A DNA stretch of 64,000 nt from Octopus vulgaris (Eukaryota): the NCBI GenBank assembly GCA_951406725.2, contig OX597824.1, positions 51,336,001 through 51,400,000 of the forward strand. Direction: 5' to 3'. The notes below the pieces were generated by a model that was not told the origin of the DNA, ran no database searches, and saw nothing but the letters and a program-made list of their open reading frames with translations. The stretch's first letter is position 1. Each line of letters starts with the position of its first letter. The position numbers and the translations under genes are program-made. This document shows positions 31,960-45,371 of this stretch, piece after piece.

Positions 31960-32138
31960 CGGTTTATTTCTTTATATTAAAAATTTTTATGTATTGATTA
32001 AGTCTTTCCTTGTTTGTTTTGCAAAATAGTGGTTTTGTCTCGAATTAATATTATATAATATTTTACTATAAAATTGGATTTAATCCTAAATCTGATTTTT
32101 TCCCTGTAAATTTGGATTTATTCCCTAATATTTATTAT

Positions 32139-32230
<92 letters not shown>

Positions 32231-32323
32231 GGAGTAAACACATAAATGTGAAACAAGGTGGAAAAAAGAGTATTCAAACACCAGAGGAAGAGTAATATGC
32301 TTTATTATCAGCAGTTAACAAGA

Positions 32324-32362
32324 CTGTCCGACGAACTGGGAACGTGAAACTCCGAGTAACAG
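32324..32362 (+). ncRNA. Minimal hammerhead with CCGACGA core
   Basis: ctgt-CCGACGA-ac-tgggaac-gt-GAAA-ctccga-GTA-acag. Confidence 0.6.
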
Positions 32363-32394
32363 CTTTTGTTAAATTTCTGCTGCTTTTAAATAAA

Positions 32395-32518
32395 GTATAT
32401 ATATATATATATGCATAGATAGATAGGTAGATAATGCATGCATGCATGCATACATACATACATACATACATACATACATACATACATACATACATACATA
32501 CATACATACATACATACA

Positions 32519-32550
<32 letters not shown>

Positions 32551-32581
32551 CATGCATGCTTGCATACAAACATATTTATTG

Positions 32582-32666
<85 letters not shown>
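32395..32666. repeat. (TACA)n and (TAGA)n microsatellites
   Basis: Read directly from the sequence. Confidence 0.9.
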
Positions 32667-32667
<1 letters not shown>

Positions 32668-33009
32668 GAGTTAGGTGTTATTTACATTTCTATATAAGTT
32701 TCCGTCACTGCTGTCACCATTCTGAGGGGACATTCTCCAACATCTAGTCCTATACTATGCCCTCAACACACGCGTTTAACCACTTAATCTTATTTTATAG
32801 AGATCAAGTAGAGAAACTGCAAAATAGACCTGGGAGGGAACTGAGCTGAGAGTATCAGCAGCCGTAGCAAGATATTATGCCGTATTTTGTCCGATGCTCT
32901 ACCAATTCCGCCATCTACACGTCCTAATTCCGCATTATTTTATTAGTAACGATAGATATGCTTAAGAATTCTCATCATTCAAAACCCACAACAGGTGGTT
33001 TGAAATTTT

Positions 33010-33285
33010 CTCTTCCCGAGGAAAACATTGATGATGTTTACCACATGGTGATGGATGACAGTTGACTGACTATAAATGAAATAGCCAATGCGATTAGCAT
33101 AGCACATGAGAGAGTTGAGAATATTCTGCACATGTTGGATATTGAGAATATTCTTGGCATGACGAAGGTTCCTGCCCGGTGGGTGTCAACTCTTCTGACA
33201 CCTAATCAAAACAGCACCAGGTTGATCATAATACAGGAAAATCTGATAATGTTTGAGGTAGATCCAGCTGGTTTCCTTGAAGAGA
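33010..33285 (+). pseudogene. Mariner transposase N-terminal fragment
   Basis: EENIDDVYHMVMDD..LTINEIANAISIAHERVENILH..LGMTKVPARWVSTLL, a WVPxxL-like motif. Confidence 0.7.
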
Positions 33286-33540
33286 CTTGGTTTTTCACAC
33301 ATTAATTTGTGTAGGTTGAACTATGTAAAACGTTACAGAAAGAAACCGACCTGTTTCTTGTAATAAACATGAAATAAAGTATCTTGCTCCAGAACACAAC
33401 ACACCGCCAGAAATCGAATTCAAGATCTTAAGATGGTGAGCCGAATACCCAGCCACAAATCCACGAACTTTCACTCGAAAACATATATATCTTTTATCTT
33501 TGACTTGTTTTAGTCATTAGATTGTGGCCATGCTGGAGTA

Positions 33541-33592
<52 letters not shown>

Positions 33593-33741
33593 GAAATCGT
33601 AGGAAATCGCATTGTCGACGCACAGAAAAGTACCACTTTATATTCTGCAAGAATCTTATGAAAGATTCTTGAGATTTGATGAGATTTGTTGTCACCAAAA
33701 CTTAAGATAAAATATCTACTAAATTAGCATGTACAATCGTT

Positions 33742-33756
33742 ATAATAATAATAATG

Positions 33757-33841
<85 letters not shown>

Positions 33842-33867
33842 TAATAATAATAATAATGATAATAATA

Positions 33868-33964
<97 letters not shown>

Positions 33965-34013
33965 TGATAGTAATAATAACAACAACAACAACAATAATAA
34001 TAATAATAATAAT
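33742..34013. repeat. (AAT)n/(GAT)n microsatellite
   Basis: Read directly from the sequence. Confidence 0.95.
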
Positions 34014-34788
34014 AAAGAAAGGATGACAGATAATCATTAATACTATGAAATAGTTGATCTATGATTTACACGCACTACTATGCAAGGAGAATACCGCAGC
34101 GAATATCAAACAGCATGGACGTGTGACAGCGAGTTGCTGAGAAGATAAATCAAATCTGAAACTATCACGAAGCAGAAATTAAGAATCCGCAAAAACAATG
34201 AAAGAAAACTATTTCAAAATGTAAGCCATCTCTGGAAACTGAAAGATTTTTCTTATATACAGTATATATATGCAAAAATAGCTTCCCCCAGAAAAACTGT
34301 TACAGCAACATGTGCGTAAAAATGTAAACACATTTCTAGACGAAAACTGCACACCTGTGAGTAAAATTTTAAATTTCGCAAAAAATTATGTTTTGAAAGG
34401 CACAGCAATGCACTATAATAACAGCAATGGACTATAATCACTGTTATAATTTAATTACAGTCTGATATAATATTTCGGAATATAAAAATTTCTTCTTCAG
34501 ATAACCTTCGTAATTGATCGAGTCACTGCTATAATCAATTTTCCAACGTTTTTTTTTTCCTGGAAGCATCTTTGCAGTGGTCTCACGAAGCTCCTTCCGG
34601 AATTCCTCATGAGAAGTGCGTGAGGGCGGCCATGTCTCAACCTCGTGTGTGCTGGCACATCCGTAACGCTGCTTCTAAATTGTTATTATTATACGTGCAG
34701 TTTCCTTGTTTTTTCTCCTTCTTACTTTTTTTTATAAATAATACATGAGCATGTTATCAAAAATGAACTTACACGCGTCCAGATGTAG

Positions 34789-35085
34789 CTAAATAATATA
34801 TTGACTACCAGCCTCCAGCCTATTGTTAATTTGGGGCCCTAATCTATCTATGAGGATAGCTTCCTTAATTCTTAGATTACCCAAATTTCTTGCATTGGCC
34901 TCACTTGTGATTGTTATGCTTTTGTCAGTGTTCCGGCATCTGTCTAGATGTTTTCTGAAGGAGGAGGCTCTCATGTTCATATATTTTTTGATGCGAACGT
35001 GTAACAGTCTTGTTGTGCTACCCACATAGAACTTGTTGCATTTGTTACATTGTGTTCTATACACAACATTTACTGGAATCTTGGA
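34789..35085 (-). pseudogene. Penelope-like GIY-YIG endonuclease fragment
   Basis: NVVYRTQCNKCNKFYVGSTTRLLHVRI..H..LRIKEAILI..PQIN. Confidence 0.8.
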
Positions 35086-35149
35086 GTGGACAGAGAAGGA
35101 AATCAAGAAAGCTTCTAATGATGCGTGGTGCACATTCATTTACATGCGG

Positions 35150-36189
35150 AAACTGATCGCTTATACATGAATCGAGCAAATGGAGGAAGAGGACTGATAA
35201 GTATGCAAGACTTGTGTGCGTATTGAACTCGAGAGCTTAATGAGATACCTGGCCGAAAATAAGGAAACCTTGCTAGCGACAATTAGGAACGAGGGATTAT
35301 TGAAAGTAGAGAAAAAAGGGAAAACAAAGGAAAAACTGCACAAAGGACATGAAAAATAATTACGCAAGTGGGGACTGCACAATCAATTCCATGTAGTCAC
35401 AACAGAAGTTGTTGGAAAAAATAGGTGGGATTGGCCGATGAAAGGAACACTAAAAAAAGAGGCAGCGCAAGGGCAAACTTTGTCCACGAAGTGGATGGTA
35501 AACCTTGCAGAGCCTCCGCTGTGTCGCATCTGCAATAGAGTGGATGAAACCGTTGCCCATATTACGAACGAATTCCCTAGACTTACCTAAAACGATTACA
35601 AGTTGTGGCGACACGATCAGGTAGCGAAAGTGCTACAATTGAAACTGAGGGAAAAGTGGAGGCTAGAGAGAAGCAAGACATGGTATGAATACAAACCGCA
35701 GAGGGTGGCTGAGTAGGAGACTAGCAACATCCTTTGGGACTTCCCAATCCAAACAGATCAGATTCTAGAGTATAACAGACCCGACCTGGTGGTGGTGGAC
35801 AAGATGCACCACATATGCTATATAGTTGATGTTGCATGCCCCTTTGACCCATGAATAGTCAAGAAGGAAGGCGAATAAATAGTTAAATATAACCCTCTTA
35901 AGAACGAAATAGCCCGGCTATGGAAAGTGAAGAAGGTGAATGTAGTGCCAATTATTGTTGGATCCTTGGGGACAGTATCAGAAGGTATCAAGGGGAATAT
36001 AAAGGAAATTGGAAGAGAATGCTCAGTAGAAGTGTTACAAAGGGTTTGCCGCCTTGGTACGGCCAGAATAATTAGGAAAGTATTAGATAGCTGAAAAGAA
36101 TGGATAGCATGGTACCGTAGGCTGCAGGTAGTAAGCATGCTATGCACGCAAGACTCCAGAAGCTCCAACAAAACCTGTGATAAAGAGAA
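35150..36189 (+). mobile_element. R4/Dong-like retrotransposon 3' fragment (zinc knuckle plus restriction-like endonuclease) ending in (TAA)n
   Basis: CRIC..ETVAHI, RHDQVA, WDFPIQTD..RPDLVV..DVACP, VPIIVGSLG, LGTARIIRKVL. Confidence 0.85.
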
Positions 36190-36201
36190 ATAATAATAAT
36201 G

Positions 36202-36281
<80 letters not shown>

Positions 36282-36283
<2 letters not shown>

Positions 36284-36742
36284 GATGCGCTACAGCAAAT
36301 ATTCTGCTCAATACCACAGATTTGCTTGTCAGTTGTTTGACCTTAACCAGTTGAGCATGTCCCTTAGTGGCTGACGATATGTGCATCTCTGATCACGAGC
36401 AGAAGTAGTGGGGGAGCATCATAGCCATGTGTTGAGAGGGATTCTTTGGGGTTTGAAAAGTTCACCTCTGGAAACATGGGTGGTTCTTTCAACATCCTTA
36501 AACAACCCTTATTCAGGGACCGTTTGAGCTGGATGGGCTACTCAACCTGAAGAAAATTCTAACTAGGCCCCACCTGCAAGGTCATGTGCTGTTTAGCTTG
36601 ATATGAGATCACCATGTCGCGCACATATGGTTGTGATGCATGTGCCTGGTGTACCTTTATCAGACGGGTAGTCATGATGGGTATTTTGGGCTTCGTATAT
36701 TTTACCCCAGTGTCACTTTGATGGCATGAACTGCTCTCTCAC

Positions 36743-36743
<1 letters not shown>
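36282..36743 (+). mobile_element. (TAA)n-embedded retroposon, 5'-truncated copy
   Basis: Near-identical reverse complement of ~46383-46843, with TAA arrays on both sides. Confidence 0.9.
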
Positions 36744-36801
<58 letters not shown>

Positions 36802-36815
36802 GTAATAATAATAAT

Positions 36816-37210
36816 AGGCATAGGAGTGGCTGCGTGATAAGTAGCTTGCTTGCCAACCACATGGTTCCGGGTTCAGTCCCACTGCGTGGCACCTTGGGCA
36901 AGTCTCTTCTACTATAGCCTAGGACCGACCGAAGCCTTGTGAGTGGATTTGGTAGACGGAAACTGAAAGAAGCCCGTCGTATATATGTATATGTATGTAT
37001 AAGTGTGTGTATATGTTTATGTGTCTGTGTTTGTCCTCCCAACATCGCTTGACAGCCGATGCTGGTGCGTTTACGTCTCTGTCATTTAGCGGTTCGGCAA
37101 AAGAGACCGATAGAATAAGGCTTTCAAAGAATAAGTCCTGGGGTCGATTTGCTCTACTAAAGGCGATGCTCCAACATGGCCACAGTCAAATGACTGAAAC
37201 AAGTAAAAGA
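36816..37210 (+). mobile_element. SINE family 1, full length
   Basis: aggcataggagtggctgcgtgataag..ggttccgggttcagtccc (B box)...gactgaaacaagtaaaaga. Confidence 0.9.
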
Positions 37211-37402
37211 GTAATAATAAAGGTATTATAATGATTACACGATTATACATGCATACACATATACACACATGCATATAAATATTTGCAAATGGATATATGC
37301 GTAATATAAAAATACACGTACATGCATTGGCAATTGCATACGTTCACGCATACATACGTGCGTACATATATACATAAACATTATAGATATGTATGTATAT
37401 AT

Positions 37403-37471
<69 letters not shown>

Positions 37472-38839
37472 CATACATATATATGTGCATGAGGTGTGTG
37501 CGTTTATATATTTATAGTATATATATGTTTGAAAACCAAGAGGAGAGTTGAGATTTATCCACATCCAAAACTTTTTTGTTAAAAAGTTTTCTACACCATA
37601 TATAAAACAATGATCAACATATGTTTCTGCTACAGCAACTACACATTGCTTTGTATGCAATTATGCATCTCAGTCGCTGCAATTTCATCAAGGGTCCATC
37701 ACTTAAGATATTTTCAAAGTGAACTAATTCAAACAAGCTACCTGCGTTGGTATTCAGTTGAAGGTGATTGCGTTACTTTTTTAATCGAATTGGTTTCTGG
37801 TCTTACAATCAATTCTACTGGTATTACAGTTGAATCGTGATTTTAAAATGTTTATTTATTTGACAATTAATTGTAGCAATTTTCTTTACATTTTACTGTA
37901 TGGAGTACATTATTTATTCAGTGGTATTTCACTTAGTATTATAGTTATTATGATTTTTGGAATACGGTTTTGACCAATCCTCACGCAGCTTAAACGTCAC
38001 GGTTTGCTGGGCGTACCGATATTACTGGCATAAATCCCGTCTTTATTTTAACCAATTAGCTTGTGGTTTACATGTCATGGTTTTATGAGTGAGCAAACTT
38101 AGCTGGTTTCGATCGTTTTTATTTCAATTGGTGGGATTCTTCTGTAATTTGTTTGTATTCATATGTTAAAGATATTTTTTAATCCACATCATTAACTGGT
38201 TGTTATATTATTGTTGTTATTTCCTTTCAGAACTGGTCTGAACATTTTTATAAACCGTTGGCAAAAGAAACGATTGTTCCTTGATAAATATGCTGAAAAT
38301 TACGGTAATGGCACCTCAGTACCACATAAAAGAAATATAAGAAAACAACCTAATCAAAACAACATACACGAAAACACGAGGCAACGAAAATACTCAACCA
38401 CAAGGAACTACGGTAAGAACTTTTTATCATTTAAAAATACAAAGAAACGTACCAATATACATAACATACAAGAACACCATAAACAAAACAAATATTCATT
38501 TGCTCAAAATATTAGAAGAAAAACCGGGAAGAAATTACATTCAAGACCTCAACGAAAATCGCCTATTAGAAACAGAACAGGAAAAAACATAGTAAACCGT
38601 CAAATAAACCCCAAAAATTGTTTTCACAAACTGAAAATATATATAATATACCTATACCTAGGGACAAGAGAAAAAACATACCTAACCAAACACCACCACC
38701 AAAATACAAAGCTCACCAGAGGAAAGATGTTAATAATAGAAGAAAAAAATAAACAAAAAAGAATCTATATTTTAGGGTCAGGACAGCAAACACCAGAGAA
38801 AGAAAAAGTCCAAGAAGAAACAACTGTGAAACAATTGAT

Positions 38840-39875
38840 AGGATAGATGCTAAAATTATTAATCTGTCAAAGTTCGATTATTGATGAAAAGATTAAAATT
38901 CACACCTACATCTACAGTCAAGGAATTGGAGAAAGATATCCAAAACTTTTGTCGGAAACTATTTGTGGCGCTTTTTACTGATAAAAATAATGAGAATGGC
39001 GAATTCTTGGTGAAAAATAAATCAAAATTTAACCCACCAAAAGGACGAAATACACGTCGACATCAGTTCATTGATATCCTCTCCAGATTTCCACTGAGGC
39101 GTAACATCAACGTCAGACCAAACATTCCAAAACTAGAAAAGTCTGCCCTTATACGTCTTAAAAATAACAACACAGTTGTCATCAAACAAGCAGAAAAAGG
39201 GAGTGCCATTGTTATAATGGATACGAAATATTGCTGAGATCTAGCTGAAGATCATTTGAAGAATACAACATGAAATACCCTCGAATATTGACCACTGCAT
39301 CATGAAGAAACTCAATTATTTAGTCTCAAAGCATTATAACTCCCTCACATATAATGAAAGGGATTATATTACCAATTTTGAGTCGAAATCCAGCAACCTC
39401 TACGGTTTACCTAAAATACATAAATCAAAAGAAATTACAAAACGCCATAAAGATACAAGGCAGTGAATACATAAAACCACTACAACCAAAATACCTTAAG
39501 CTAAGACCCATTATAGCTGGTCCAGCCTGTCCCATACATCGTCTAAGCAATCACATTGACATTATCTTAAAACTACTATGTAGTCACATACCCAGTTTCA
39601 TTCGGGATGATATCGATTACCTGTCTCATCTTCCCAAAACAACAGAATCCAATTCACTTTGATGTGAGAAACTTATATACGAACATTCCACATAATTTGG
39701 GAATTACTGCCATAAAATGTTAGGTCGAGAAACACAGAGAAGCGATCCCCAGTTGATTTATTGTAACCTTCATACTGGGGGCAGTCAGCCCCACCCTCGA
39801 AAACAATACATTCCTTTTCAACAGAAAAAAATTAACTCCAAATTCGAGGCACAGCTATGGAGACGCGATCTGCTC
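38840..39875 (+). pseudogene. Penelope-like RT fragment
   Basis: KIINLS..LKFTP, IKQAEKGSAIVIMD, YGLPKIHK, LRPIIAGPACPIHRLS, FDVRNLYTNIP, QIRGTAM. Confidence 0.85.
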
Positions 39876-39929
39876 AAGTTTTCGCGAACTCAGTACTGGA
39901 ATACTTGGAACAAAACATATATGTGTGCT

Positions 39930-39964
<35 letters not shown>

Positions 39965-40277
39965 ATGTATGTATGTATGTATGTATGTATGTATGTCTGT
40001 GTGTGTGCGTGTGTATTTGTGTCTGTTTGTCCCACCATCACTGTTTGACAACCGGTGTTGGTAGGTTTACGTCTCCGTAACATAGAGGTTCTTCAAATGA
40101 GATTGATAGAATAATTAATAGGTTTAAAAAGTCCTTAGGTCTATTTGTTAGACTAAAACCCTCTCCTCATCATAGAGGATTTGTGTTTGAAGACCACTTG
40201 AATGACACAACTGATAGTGGGCTCCTTTAATTTTCTCGGTACAGAACTTAAATAATTAATATGAGTATGGATTCACA

Positions 40278-40515
40278 TTTATTTCTATTGCAGTATGAAG
40301 GTGGTGAGCTGCTAGAGTCGTTACCCTGCTGGGCAGAATACTTCACAGCATTTCTTCCAACTTTACCTTCTGAGTTCAAATTCCGTTGAAGTCGACTTTG
40401 CCTATCATTCTATCACAATCGATAAAATCAGTACCAATCAAGCACTGGGGATGGACGTAGTCGATTAGTCCCTTCCTTAAAATTTTCTGGTCTGATGCCT
40501 GTAGTTGAAAAGATT
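40278..40515 (+). mobile_element. SINE family 2
   Basis: aggtggtgagctgc..ttctgagttcaaattcc..gtcgactttgcctatcat..cgataaaatcagtacc. Confidence 0.7.
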
Positions 40516-41246
40516 ATACGTATAAAGTATGGAAGAATATTTACAGGAATTAAACTTCTGTCCACTGATGTCCAAGGTGATTGCAACAAAATTCGAACTA
40601 CCAGCACCTCAGTTAACTGCCAACCTATCCAATCAGAGCTGTAGCTCCTTCACTTTATGCGAATCATACAATATAGACGTGCATGGCATTCCGGTTTTTC
40701 TCTGGAGTATCAGAAGTACCGATGAAGTTGTATAGTTATATGCTTGGTTCCAAAACAGATATCGAAATCTTCTCATAGAATTACATCTCCTGCTATTCTT
40801 TCCTCTTCTCTTCGAAAAGCTTCTCAAATGAATATGTATATTAACATAAAGCGAGGTACAGGTAAGTTGGAAAGCGGCAGCTCTTTCATTGCTGAAATCT
40901 ATAAACATATGAAGAGTTAAAGCACTTGACTATTTCCTACTGAAATCTATAACTTTTCAATGTAATTCTTCAGGCTCATTCGTTAACTTTCATATCCATT
41001 TCATTCGAATACTAGACCTGAAGAAAAGGAAGCCTAACAGACTTTAGTATGAATATTTCTTTAGATGAGGAATAAGCAAAGTCTGAATCATGGTTCAATA
41101 AAAGCTAAACTTTTAAAACCATACACATTAACCAGATGCACATTACATGTTTGTTTGTGTGTGTGTGTGTGTATGTTTGAGTGTGTGTCTGTGTGTTTGA
41201 GTGTGTGTCCGCGCGCACACACATGACATAGATATATGTGTGCATG

Positions 41247-41350
41247 AAGGCGCATAGCTCAGTGGTTAGAGCGTCGGGCTCACAATCATGAGGTAGTAAG
41301 GTCGATTCCCTCACCGGGCTGTGTGCTGTGTCCTTGAGCAAGACATTTTA
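41247..41350 (+). mobile_element. tRNA-derived SINE head
   Basis: ggcgcatagctcagtggttagagc (A box)..ggtcgattccc (B box)..gtccttgagcaagac; no tRNA acceptor-stem closure. Confidence 0.65.
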
Positions 41351-41638
41351 TTGTATGTATGTGTGTGTGTGTGTATGTGATGATGTTACGCATGTCTGCA
41401 TGTATGTATGAATCTATGTTAAAATATGAACAGAGAGAAAATTCCAGAGCGCCGATGTTCTGGGAAGGAAAGAGTGGACGTAAGGATTAATACTGTTGAG
41501 GGTCAGAAGCACCTATCTATTTCTCTCTCTCTCTTTCTCTCTCTCTCACTCTCTCTCTCTCTCTCTCTCTCTCTTTGTATATATATCTGAATTTATCTCT
41601 TTCTTTCTCTCTCTCTCTCTGTATAAACCTACCTACCT

Positions 41639-41716
<78 letters not shown>

Positions 41717-41718
<2 letters not shown>

Positions 41719-41997
41719 TTTTACCTGTTTCAGTCATTTGACTGCGGCTATGCTGGAGCACGCCTTTAGTCAAACAGATCAATCCCAGGACTTTATTCTT
41801 TGCAGACCTAATATTATTTTGTCGGTCTCTTTTGCCGAACCGCTAAGTTACAGGAAAGTAAGCACACCAACAAGTGATGGTGGGGGACAATCACCGACGC
41901 AAATGCATACACACATACATTCATACATACATACATTCATACATACATACATACATACATACATTCATACATACATACATACATACATACATACATT

Positions 41998-42083
<86 letters not shown>

Positions 42084-42245
42084 CATGACGAGCTTCTTTC
42101 AGTTTCCGACCACCAAATCCACTCACAAGGCTTTAGTCGGCACAAGGCTATAGTAGAAAACACTTGCCCAAGGTGTCACACAGCGGGACTGAACTCAGAG
42201 CCATGTGGGTGGGAAGCCTCTTACCACGCAGCCACTCCTGCGCCT
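41717..42245 (-). mobile_element. SINE family 1, full length with an expanded internal microsatellite
   Basis: Head and tail match the other copies; internal (TACA)n(TA)n is ~190 bp. Confidence 0.85.
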
Positions 42246-42254
42246 GTATATATA

Positions 42255-43200
42255 TCTAACTTTCACCCTTCACTCCAATTTACCTCTATCATCTCTGACA
42301 CTTCTGTAAACTTCTTGAATATCTTTCTCTCCATTGATATCCCCTCCCACCCTATCACCACCTCCACTTTCGTCAAACCCACGGACTCCCAACTCTACCT
42401 CCAGTTTTCCTCCTCCTATCCCTCCCACACCAAACGGGTCATCCCCTACACCCAGTATCTCCGCTTCCGACTATGCGGCTGTGACCAAGATTTCGAGACC
42501 CAGTCCGAGTACCTGGCCCGCTTGCTCATGCGTCGCGGATACCCATCCACCTTTTTCCAAACTGCCTTTACTCGCGCTCGTCAAATCGATCGCATCACCA
42601 CCCTCTCTCCTTCTCCACACCGATCCCCAACCGCATCCCCCCACCTAACCCGTTCGTCGGAGGATCCAACAGGCCTTCCGTCAGCTCCAGCTAGATCCCA
42701 CTACCCTCCCTACTTTCCCCAACCTACCCTTGCTCTCCTTCAAGCGTGCCCGCAAACTACGCGATCTACTGGTCCGTAGAACTTTCCCCCTTCCTCCCCA
42801 ACATAACCCGGATCCTTCCTTTGCTCTATATCCCGTTGCCACACCTGTCCCTTCATCACTAACACCACATTCCTCAACGGATCCAACATTAGGAACTCCT
42901 CCTGCACTTCTTCCAGCCTCATTTACTGCATCAGATGTAATCTCTGCAACAAACTCTACGTTGGTCAGATGGGCCGCAGGCTAGCCGACCGGTTCACCGA
43001 ACATCTACGAGATGTTTGTCTACGTACGAACACCCGCGTCGCCCGTCATTTTCGCTTGGCCAACCACTCCACCTCAAATATCACCGTCTTCGCCCTTTCC
43101 TTACACAACGGATTCCCCAACTCTAGACTCCGCCTGAAACAGCGTTACATTTTTACTCTACATACCTAAATTTCTTTCCGACTCAACACAACTCCCTCCT
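42255..43200 (+). pseudogene. Penelope-like element 3' part (RT thumb plus GIY-YIG)
   Basis: [31 protein letters not shown], then LIYCIRCNLCNKLYVGQ.GRRLADRFTEH. Confidence 0.85.
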
Positions 43201-43920
43201 CTCAATGACTGTCCTTACATCTTCCTTAAAAAATAACACTTCACCCTATCTTATTTTTACTCATTTATTTTTATTCATTGTTAATAACTTTTATCGTTTA
43301 TTTATCGATTTTTTATCGTTTATTCTTTAATTCTTTTATTCGGTTATTTTTGTTTTTTATTCGTTTATTTATGTTACTGTTGCACTTGTTTATTTTGATC
43401 CTTTTATTTCATCTATTTATCATTTTTATTTAATTTTTATTTATTTTTTGAAATTTTTATCTTTTTTATATTTTATTTTATTATTTTTTATCTATTTTAT
43501 TTTTTATTTTTATTTAATTTCGTTTTGGTGCGTGGTTTGCGAGATCCTATATGTGAATTCGTGTGTTGAAGTATATTCTATTGTGTCTCTTTTAGTGCCT
43601 TCTTAATTTGATACACCCACCGGTCTAATTTCCACTCATTTACAGTTTATAAGCAATGTAAGGCTCCCTTATGAGTGAGATCCAGCAGATTTTTAAACTT
43701 GGTCATTCCCAGTATTTGGAAGGACTCATATTAAACTCTGTTGAACTTTTGGATTTTACTCAAAGGATATTGGAATATTGCATATATAACATTATACCTA
43801 TAAAACGGATTTACAACTTCAATACCTATACATATCTTACATTTATTTTCTTTCCTCCACCTTACTCTCTATTTTGTATCTCATCTAAACTAACTATGAC
43901 TTAACTATCCTCTCACACCA

Positions 43921-43970
43921 TCTCCGATGAAGGGATATTATTAATTAATATCCTAGAAACAGCTGTAATA
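43921..43970 (+). ncRNA. Hammerhead with CCGATGA core
   Basis: tct-CCGATGA-ag-ggatatta-ttaat-taatatcc-ta-GAAA-cagct-GTA-ata; stem I is weak. Confidence 0.55.
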
Positions 43971-44203
43971 CCTTCTATCTATAAATGCTCTAATATCTAT
44001 ACAGCCTTGTTTTTTTTTTGTCTCATTACGAAAAAAAATTTATATATACACGCTGACATATGACCAACGTTGAACCCTTTATTCGCAATATTACCGAATC
44101 TGGAACTTAACTATGGTCTGTCTATAGCACTTATTCAGCAGGAACTGAAATGACTGAAACAAGTAAAAGAGTATATATGCATGTTATATGTATGTGTGCA
44201 TGC

Positions 44204-44234
<31 letters not shown>

Positions 44235-44316
44235 TGTATGTATGTATGTATGTATGTATAATACCATATTTTAATACAGTGTAAGCTGAGATTTTCGTTA
44301 AGAAGCTGCTGGTGTA

Positions 44317-45227
44317 CTGAGTATTCGGGCTAAATTTATCGATTTTTAATGTTTTTTCCCAAGAATAGCTTGATGTATTGGTGAAGAGTCAACAGCGTTG
44401 GAGAATATAAGATTAAAGTTGTAGTTGAGAAAAAGTTAACTAACATGGAGGACATGAAACAATCTGAATACTGGATAAGATACATGGAGGATATGAAGCC
44501 ATTTGAATTGTAGATAAGAGTTGCCTGCGTCAGGTGATTGGCGCTAAGTGTCAAAATGCCGACATCATGACTGCTGGCCAATGCTTTGTGAGCACTGTAA
44601 AGACTTTAAGATTTGACATGGATATCATGGAAAACAATGTTTTCATAAGCTTCTTTGGATGTGTCTCAAGTGAAGGTGAGATCATAGTACCCCACATTTT
44701 TGAACAGGGTCTTAAGCTCAATTCAGATGACTTTGTGAAAATTGCTGGAGATTATGGTCAAATACTCGCTTGAGAGAGTTGCTACTAGGAGGCCATGCGC
44801 GTCCGCAGGATTCGGCTTCTTCCCAGCCCTCCAGAAAAGATTAGAAATGCTTGTCGGAGAATTTCTACGACTTCACAAGCCCCAATTTTTGACCTCGTAA
44901 TTCCCCCGATTGTAATCCTAATGATTACCACGTGTGGGACGAGGTTAAGAAAACACCAGTCACTCTACTTGCAACACTCCGTCCGAGCTGGTAGCCAAGA
45001 TCAAGGAGGTATTCGAACATCTTACCAAGGACACTGTGAGGAACGCATGCTCCAGATTCCAGAGCCATCTTAAGACCGTAGTGGAAGCCAGAGGAGGATA
45101 CTTTGAGCAAACTGTTACCTCGCAGATATAATCTAGATGATTTTTTTTAATACTTTAACTTTTGAGTGCGATATGGTTCCTTCTTTTCCATTTTTTACAA
45201 ACTTTCAAATTTAGCTGAAACATCCTG
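44317..45227 (+). mobile_element. Degenerate Tc1/mariner (maT/DD37D-like) element
   Basis: FGCVSSEG..PHIFEQGLKLN, QDSA, NSPDCNPNDYHVW. Right end aaatttagctgaaacatcctg|ta with a degenerate left gctaaattt. Confidence 0.7.
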
Positions 45228-45371
45228 TATAATCTTTATTAATTACATTAAGTTTCTTTATTTCGATGATAAAAGTTGCGATGTTGCTTTGGTCTACTGG
45301 TTGGCACAGCTATGCAGATTACAGCGGACGCAGATGCGGCATTCTAATCCCGAAGTCGATATATATTATTT

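Larger units (their letters stand above)
31736..32057. repeat. Near-perfect 322 bp palindrome (157 bp arms, 8 nt loop)
   Basis: Centre reads gatctcctaa-tctgtttt-ttaggagatc; about two mismatches between the arms by eye. Confidence 0.95.

Noticed and set aside
34540-34615. Degenerate hammerhead downstream of the GIY-YIG fragment (minus strand ctcatga...aaacgttg)
   Set aside because: Both halves of the core are mutated, so it is too decayed to call.
41247-41325. Possible tRNA gene
   Set aside because: The cloverleaf does not close and the sequence continues into a SINE body.
41874-42779. 301-aa ORF as a host gene
   Set aside because: It is a chance fusion of microsatellite, antisense SINE and a Penelope fragment.
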